This document shows, piece by piece, positions 63,368 to 64,000 of a stretch of 64,000 nt of DNA (position 1 is the first letter of the stretch; each line of letters starts with the position of its first letter). Source of the DNA: Minisyncoccia bacterium (GTDB taxonomy: Bacteria > Patescibacteriota > Minisyncoccia > Phycocordibacterales > SBAW01); the NCBI GenBank assembly GCA_049997855.1, contig JBEKSG010000005.1, forward strand, positions 1,111-65,110. The letters are read 5' to 3'. A program made the position numbers and the translations under genes. The notes below the pieces were generated by a model. That model had not been told where the DNA came from. It saw only the letters and a list, made by a program, of their open reading frames with translations, and searched no databases.

Positions 63368-64000
63368 ATGGAAATTAGAGACTTCAATTCGCAAACGCAA
63401 GCTTTGATTGCTCTAGTGGACGAGATAACGAAAGGCTTACAGAAGATAAAAGAGTCGAACGATATAGACAAAAGGAAGAACGCCGAAAACGGGCGAATGG
63501 AATTTGCTTATGTTGAATACTACTTGGCAGAGGTTTCGTCCCTACTAAACCTTTCTGTTTATCTGGTGGAGCATACTGCGTTTAGGAAATATGCCTACTT
63601 CCCGGCGCGTTTGATAATGGAAATCGTATTGCAGTTGGAACATGTTTACTCGGTAAAGAAGAAAAAAGGATTAAATGGAGTCCGTCGCTTATTTTTCAAA
63701 GACATTGCAATTAGTGCAAAATCATCTCTTGCTCTGCCCGGCGAAGGGGGCAAGGAAAAGCTAGGTGGTCATTTAATCTTTCTGAATATTGCCAGCAAAA
63801 TTCTAAAATTAGACTTCAGTACAGATGATGTTTCTGCGAAGTCAAACAGGGACATAAAATCGTTGTGCAATAAAAGTCATATTGTTGTTAAAAATCTTAC
63901 AGGAAGTGAACTATACAGCTTTTACGAAATGCTTAGCGAAGCTTCTCACGCCAACGTTGTAAACGTGGGAGCAAGCGATTATGTAAACGACGGGGAAGGA
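63368..64000 (+). CDS. Hypothetical protein, partial (runs off the window end), AT-rich.
   Basis: ATG at 63368 with open frame to 64000 (hand translation MEIRDFNSQTQALIALVDEITKG...). Confidence 0.4.
   Translation, partial: MEIRDFNSQTQALIALVDEITKGLQKIKESNDIDKRKNAENGRMEFAYVEYYLAEVSSLLNLSVYLVEHTAFRKYAYFPARLIMEIVLQLEHVYSVKKKKGLNGVRRLFFKDIAISAKSSLALPGEGGKEKLGGHLIFLNIASKILKLDFSTDDVSAKSNRDIKSLCNKSHIVVKNLTGSELYSFYEMLSEASHANVVNVGASDYVNDGEG

Larger units (their letters stand above)
59549..64000. mobile_element. Putative integrated element at the 3' end of tRNA-Ala(TGC): IR-bracketed serine recombinase followed by AT-rich cargo (XRE regulator, membrane proteins). The right boundary lies outside the window.
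   Basis: tRNA adjacency, recombinase, and an abrupt by-eye drop in GC from about 61.6 kb onward. No attR is found within the window. Confidence 0.5.

Noticed and set aside
1-64000. CRISPR arrays, reverse transcriptase / DGR, retron or toxin-antitoxin modules with recognisable domains.
   Set aside because: No regularly spaced direct repeats and no RT-like ORF were seen on either strand. The only Cas-like protein is a solo Cas4-like nuclease.

Overview
64 kb from a GC-rich, gene-dense bacterial chromosome, read by eye only. Most genes sit on the minus strand with tiny or overlapping spacers and usually no Shine-Dalgarno sequence. A short type IV pilin, a truncated AlaS, an archaeal-type AspRS, a minimal mraY-ftsW-murG block and many small membrane proteins fit a Patescibacteria/CPR-like genome, though the GC content is high for that group.

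Main content, in window order: a partial secreted Cna-B-like protein and a type IV pilin; yqeY, rmuC, rplU, recR, dnaB, cysS, corA, ctpA, rplI, typA, rpmA and a DnaQ-like exonuclease. A 20 kb co-directional minus-strand array follows: an M23 peptidase, gltX, murG, ftsW, mraY, a PBP5-like carboxypeptidase, scpB, scpA, pepA, aspS, trpS, dnaJ, dnaK, grpE, rpsI, rplM, rplQ, rpoA, rpsD, rpsK, rpsM, rpmJ and infA. After that come alaS, an M13 peptidase, a DNA-repair/nuclease cluster (ung, a short ogt, a Cas4-like Fe-S nuclease, an ATP-cone::Mrr nuclease), mnmA, mltG, a sigma-70 region 4 protein, leuS and ychF. I call six tRNA genes by hand: Pro-GGG, Ala-GGC, Ala-CGC, Pro-CGG, Val-CAC and Ala-TGC.

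The most unusual locus is at the 3' end of the window. tRNA-Ala(TGC) is abutted by a large serine recombinase gene bracketed by perfect 120-bp inverted repeats, followed by at least 2.4 kb of visibly AT-rich DNA carrying an XRE regulator and membrane proteins. I read this as an integrated element or an invertible recombinase cassette.

Other items worth a second look: an ATP-cone fused to an Mrr-type nuclease; a 16-bp perfect inverted-repeat element between dnaB and recR; four of the six tRNAs with a non-canonical C at T-loop position 55; an AT-rich rmuC; and a PilM/FtsA-like actin-fold gene paired with a large membrane-anchored protein.

No CRISPR array, reverse transcriptase or CIRCE element was found. 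Coordinates I derived myself (tRNAs, repeats, promoters, terminators) may be off by 1 nt. CDS boundaries are tied to the supplied ORF track. All GC statements are by eye, not computed.
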